Below are positions 25,583-28,772 of a DNA stretch of 28,772 bases, piece by piece. The stretch is taken from positions 1-28,772 of IMG/VR virus record IMGVR_UViG_3300006123_000510; one strand, written 5' to 3'. Within the stretch, counting starts at the first letter, position 1. Each line of letters opens with the position of its first letter. A model generated the notes under the pieces. The model worked only from the letters and a program-made list of their open reading frames with translations. It did no database searches and was not told where the DNA came from. Position numbers and translations under genes: made by a program. Source of the stretch: a virus (taxonomy: Duplodnaviria > Caudoviricetes).

Positions 25583-26632
25583 ATGACAATTACAATTACA
25601 GGTTTACCGTTACAAGGTACCGTTCTAGACACTACGCTGATTCCCGTAGAAACCGCAGGGGTAACTGCGCACATTACAGCGTCTTCTATCAAATCCTATC
25701 TTAGCTCTGGTACTTTAACCAGCATCACAGCTGGATCTGGTACAATATCTGGGGCGTTGTCTGTGGGGTCGCTGTACAGCGGGGCAATTACTGCAACTAC
25801 TGTAACAACTTCGTCGGATGTGACAATTGGTGGTAACTTGATATTTTCACAGGCCGCTGCGGCTCTGACATTCAGTAACATCATCGTTACTAATGCCAAC
25901 GTAGCATCAAACATAAATCTGAGTGGTACTATTGTTCCTACATCTAACGTAACTGCCAACTTGGGTACTACTGCTGCTTGGTTCAACACACTGTACTCGG
26001 CCAATGCGATGCATTCAAATGTGACTACTGCCGCAATCACTGCAAACACAGTTACAACTGGCATAGTCACTGGATCTGCTAACACAACGGCTAACTTGGG
26101 CACAAGCACTAACTGGTTCAATAACTTATATTCTGTAAACGCAGTACACAACACTGTGACTGTGACTGGTGGACTTGTACCAAACGCAAACACTACAGTT
26201 AACATCGGGTCAACAAGTTACTGGTTTAACAACATTTTTGGTAAATCAACTCAGGCACAATACGCTGACTTGGCAGAAAAATATCAAAGCGATGCTGAAT
26301 ATGCTCCGGGAACTGTTGTGGTTTTTGGCGACGAAACAGAAGTCACTATCAGTACACGAGCAAATGATCCACGAGTAGCGGGTGTAGTTTCTACAGATCC
26401 TGCGTACTTGATGAACAGCTTGGCTGATGGGGTATCTGTTGCACTACAGGGCAGAGTTCCTTGTCAGGTTATGGGCACAGTAAAACGCGGAGATTTGATG
26501 GTGACTAGCACATTCCCAGGAGTGGCAATGGCATCTAATGATCCGCAAATTGGTACAGTAATTGGCAAGGCTTTGGGTACCCATTCTGGTTCTGATATCG
26601 GAATCATAGAAGTAGTAGTAGGCAGAATTTGA
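25583..26632 (+). CDS. Short fibre/spike protein with C-terminal intramolecular-chaperone-like (Peptidase_G2-like) domain
   Basis: N-terminal ITGLP...LIPV...T.HIT module, a T/S/N-rich beta shaft with three [SA]NxTxN[LI]GxxxxWFN repeats, then YADLAEKY...AGVVST.PA...VALQGRVPC...GDLMVTS...VIGKAL. Confidence 0.7.
   Translation: MTITITGLPLQGTVLDTTLIPVETAGVTAHITASSIKSYLSSGTLTSITAGSGTISGALSVGSLYSGAITATTVTTSSDVTIGGNLIFSQAAAALTFSNIIVTNANVASNINLSGTIVPTSNVTANLGTTAAWFNTLYSANAMHSNVTTAAITANTVTTGIVTGSANTTANLGTSTNWFNNLYSVNAVHNTVTVTGGLVPNANTTVNIGSTSYWFNNIFGKSTQAQYADLAEKYQSDAEYAPGTVVVFGDETEVTISTRANDPRVAGVVSTDPAYLMNSLADGVSVALQGRVPCQVMGTVKRGDLMVTSTFPGVAMASNDPQIGTVIGKALGTHSGSDIGIIEVVVGRI
25925..26242 (+). repeat. 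Three ~25-aa fibre repeats
   Basis: GTIVPTSNVTANLGTTAAWFNTLYS (25925), GIVTGSANTTANLGTSTNWFNNLYS (26060), GGLVPNANTTVNIGSTSYWFNNIFG (26168). Confidence 0.85.
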
Positions 26633-26635
26633 CCC

Positions 26636-26643
26636 TATAAATA
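26636..26643 (+). promoter_or_regulatory. T4-type late promoter, perfect TATAAATA
   Basis: Exact T4 late consensus in the intergenic gap, 24 nt before the ATG at 26668. Confidence 0.8.
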
Positions 26644-26667
26644 TACAATAATCAGAGAAATAACACA

Positions 26668-27315
26668 ATGAGCAAAGACACAATCCGTCAACCAGATGAT
26701 TTGAGTGGCATCTACGTAAGAGGACACATAAAAATCACTGACCCAACAACTGGGGAAGTTCTTGTCAATAAAGGCAATGCTATCCACTATGAAAACATCA
26801 GTGCTGCATTGGCCTATATGTTGGCTAACAAAGAGCAAAACTATATCTACGAAATGCACTTTGGCAACGGCGGTACTAGCGTTGACCCAACAGGTGTTAT
26901 TACATACTTGCCTCCAAACACTACTGGACAAAGCAGTAACTTGTACAGCGCTACCTACAGTAAAGTAGTTGACGATACTGCCGCTGCGAACGGTAATCCT
27001 ACACAGAACTACATTCAAGTTCGTCACGTTCCTGGCACAGTCTATACAGATATTCTTGTTAGCTGCTTGCTTGACTACGGCGAGCCAGCTGGACAAAGTG
27101 CGTTCGATAACAGTCAAACTCTAACTGACACATACACATTTGACGAGTTGGGTCTATTTGGTCGTAGTACTGACGGTACAAGTGGCCTAACAACCACTGG
27201 TCCAATGTTGACACACGTTATCTTCCACCCAGTTCAGAAATCTCTAAACAGACTTATTCAAATTGACTACACAGTCCGTATTCAAACTCTAACAAACTTG
27301 AGTAGCATTGGATAA
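26668..27315 (+). CDS. Baseplate / tail-fibre attachment protein (tail-collar-fibre N-terminal-like)
   Basis: 215 aa with MHFGNGG, LDYGEP, FDELGLFG and MLTHVIFHPVQKS...IDYTVRIQ, resembling fibre-anchoring baseplate domains. It precedes the fibre genes. Confidence 0.55.
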   Translation: MSKDTIRQPDDLSGIYVRGHIKITDPTTGEVLVNKGNAIHYENISAALAYMLANKEQNYIYEMHFGNGGTSVDPTGVITYLPPNTTGQSSNLYSATYSKVVDDTAAANGNPTQNYIQVRHVPGTVYTDILVSCLLDYGEPAGQSAFDNSQTLTDTYTFDELGLFGRSTDGTSGLTTTGPMLTHVIFHPVQKSLNRLIQIDYTVRIQTLTNLSSIG

Positions 27316-27320
27316 TACAA

Positions 27321-28487
27321 ATGGCATATACAATTAATAAAACAACAGGTGAAGTTTTAATCACTATCCCAGACGGTACAGCAGACGGTCCAGATATTAA
27401 CCCTGGGCTGAATGCCACTGACTTGGATCTGTTTGGTAAAAACTACCCCTTGTATGGCCAATACCAAAACGAAAACTTTATCAAGTTGTTGCAAAACTTT
27501 GCTAACACATTAGCTCCTACAAATCCATTGCAGGGCGAGTTGTGGTATGACCTGAACACACATTTGTTAAAGATTTATACTGGCACAACATTTATTCCAG
27601 TTAGCCCAGTCATTGTATCTGCCTCAGCACCTATCACTTCGTTGGTAGGTACACAGTGGTGGGACAGCACAAACTTCCAGTTGAATATGTACAATGGCAC
27701 TGGATGGTCAGTGATTGGACCTGCGTACAAAGCTCCTGATGGAGTCAGTGGTGCAATTGTTGAAGACGTAACAGACAATGTGGGTGGTACTCACACAGTC
27801 ATCAAATTTTACACAAACAATAACGTCAGTGCTATTGTTGCATTCGATCAACCTTTTGTATTGAGTAGTGCTAGTGCAGTCTCTGGCTTTAGCACAATTA
27901 GTCCTGGTATTACTCTGTGTGCAGAAGCAAATAACTTGTTCTACGGCACTGCGGTGAACGCACAACAGTTGGGTAATATTGCTGCTATCAACTATGCTCG
28001 TAATGACATTGATAGCACATTCTATGGTAATATCAGTGTTGGTTATCAGAACTTGAATATTTTTACAACAAGTTCAAACACATCGCTAATCAATAACAGA
28101 AACAATGCCAACGTTAGTTTGTACGCAAACATTGTGGGTACTTTGACCAACGTGTTAAACGTAAATGGCACAACGGGCGAAATCACTGTTGCGCTGAACC
28201 CATCTAGCGCATTGGGCGTTGTTACAAAACAGTACGCTGATAACAGTATCGCCACTGCTGTAGCCCCATTAGCTCCAAGCTATAGTCCAACATTTGCTGG
28301 AGTTCCAACAGCCCCTAACGTTGCTGTTGCAGCTACTAATACAGCACAGGTTGCATCAATGGCGTCAGTACAAAATGCTATTACTAATGGAAATACTGCA
28401 CCTTGGTTAGGAAGTCAAAAGACAGTGAGCACAAGTTTACCTACTAACGGCCAAGGCAATCCTGGCGACTTTTGGTTCCAAATCTAA
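27321..28487 (+). CDS. Tail fibre protein
   Basis: GKNYPLYGQYQNENFIKLLQNFA N-terminus, P..P..G(E/Q)LW(Y/W)D-type repeats, VTKQYAD, the tail-fibre repeat APSYSPTFAGVPTAP...TNTAQVASMASVQ, and a C-terminal GNPGDFWFQI. Confidence 0.75.
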   Translation: MAYTINKTTGEVLITIPDGTADGPDINPGLNATDLDLFGKNYPLYGQYQNENFIKLLQNFANTLAPTNPLQGELWYDLNTHLLKIYTGTTFIPVSPVIVSASAPITSLVGTQWWDSTNFQLNMYNGTGWSVIGPAYKAPDGVSGAIVEDVTDNVGGTHTVIKFYTNNNVSAIVAFDQPFVLSSASAVSGFSTISPGITLCAEANNLFYGTAVNAQQLGNIAAINYARNDIDSTFYGNISVGYQNLNIFTTSSNTSLINNRNNANVSLYANIVGTLTNVLNVNGTTGEITVALNPSSALGVVTKQYADNSIATAVAPLAPSYSPTFAGVPTAPNVAVAATNTAQVASMASVQNAITNGNTAPWLGSQKTVSTSLPTNGQGNPGDFWFQI

Positions 28488-28490
28488 CAT

Positions 28491-28772
28491 ATGACTATTC
28501 CTTCAGCAGCAGCCAAATATGGTCTAGGTACCACATACATAAACAGTGCCAATACCTACTACCCACTTAAAGGTATGTGGATTAAAAATGCAGATGGTAC
28601 TTGGCATCCTGTAAAAACTGGATGGACCTGTAGATCAGATGGTGTATGGGAGCGTATCTACCCAACCCCTAAAGGTATTTTTACTCCCAACGTTACTACA
28701 CTAACACATACATATTATCAACACTGGGGCGATACTGGTAATGTTATTGCTATCAGTAACACTGGTGACTTT
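28491..28772 (+). CDS. Putative fibre-tip adhesin (truncated by window edge)
   Basis: Not in the ORF track. ATG lies 3 nt after the fibre stop and the frame is open to the edge: MTIPSAAAKYGLGTTYINSANTYYPLKGMWIKNADGTWHPVKTGWTCRSDGVWERIYP..., a Trp-rich K..DG.W hairpin pattern. Confidence 0.65.
   Translation, partial: MTIPSAAAKYGLGTTYINSANTYYPLKGMWIKNADGTWHPVKTGWTCRSDGVWERIYPTPKGIFTPNVTTLTHTYYQHWGDTGNVIAISNTGDF

Noticed and set aside
2069-28255. The many short minus-strand and off-frame ORFs inside structural genes (e.g. 18234..18752, 24591..25241, 25696..26205)
   Set aside because: They overlap long, well-supported genes and look like reverse-complement shadows, with no motifs I recognise.
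1-28772. Alternative genetic code (no TAG among the real stop codons)
   Set aside because: All genes read through intact in the standard code, and only 11 stops are sampled, so there is no positive evidence for recoding.
1-28772. CRISPR array, DGR template/variable repeats, tRNAs, intrinsic terminators
   Set aside because: Intergenic gaps are ~120 bp or less, the repeats found are in-frame protein repeats without adenine-specific divergence, and I saw no GC stem with a U-tract at gene ends.

Overview
This window looks like part of a large T4-like (probably jumbo) myophage genome. The minus strand at the left carries a gp55-like late sigma factor, followed by a SPASM/twitch + radical SAM gene that runs off the edge and is missing from the ORF track. 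The sigma gene has a near-consensus sigma70 promoter and appears to start at a non-canonical ATT codon. Diverging from it is a plus-strand late tail/baseplate cluster marked by T4-type (T)ATAAATA late promoter boxes. In order it encodes a tube-initiator-like protein, gp53, a hub with a circularly permuted LysM, a gp5 spike extended by three cell-wall-enzyme-like domains, gp25, gp6, a 4136-aa gp7-like mosaic protein, and several fibre/adhesin genes. I saw no RNA genes, CRISPR array or mobile element. All family calls come from reading motifs by eye, not from database searches.
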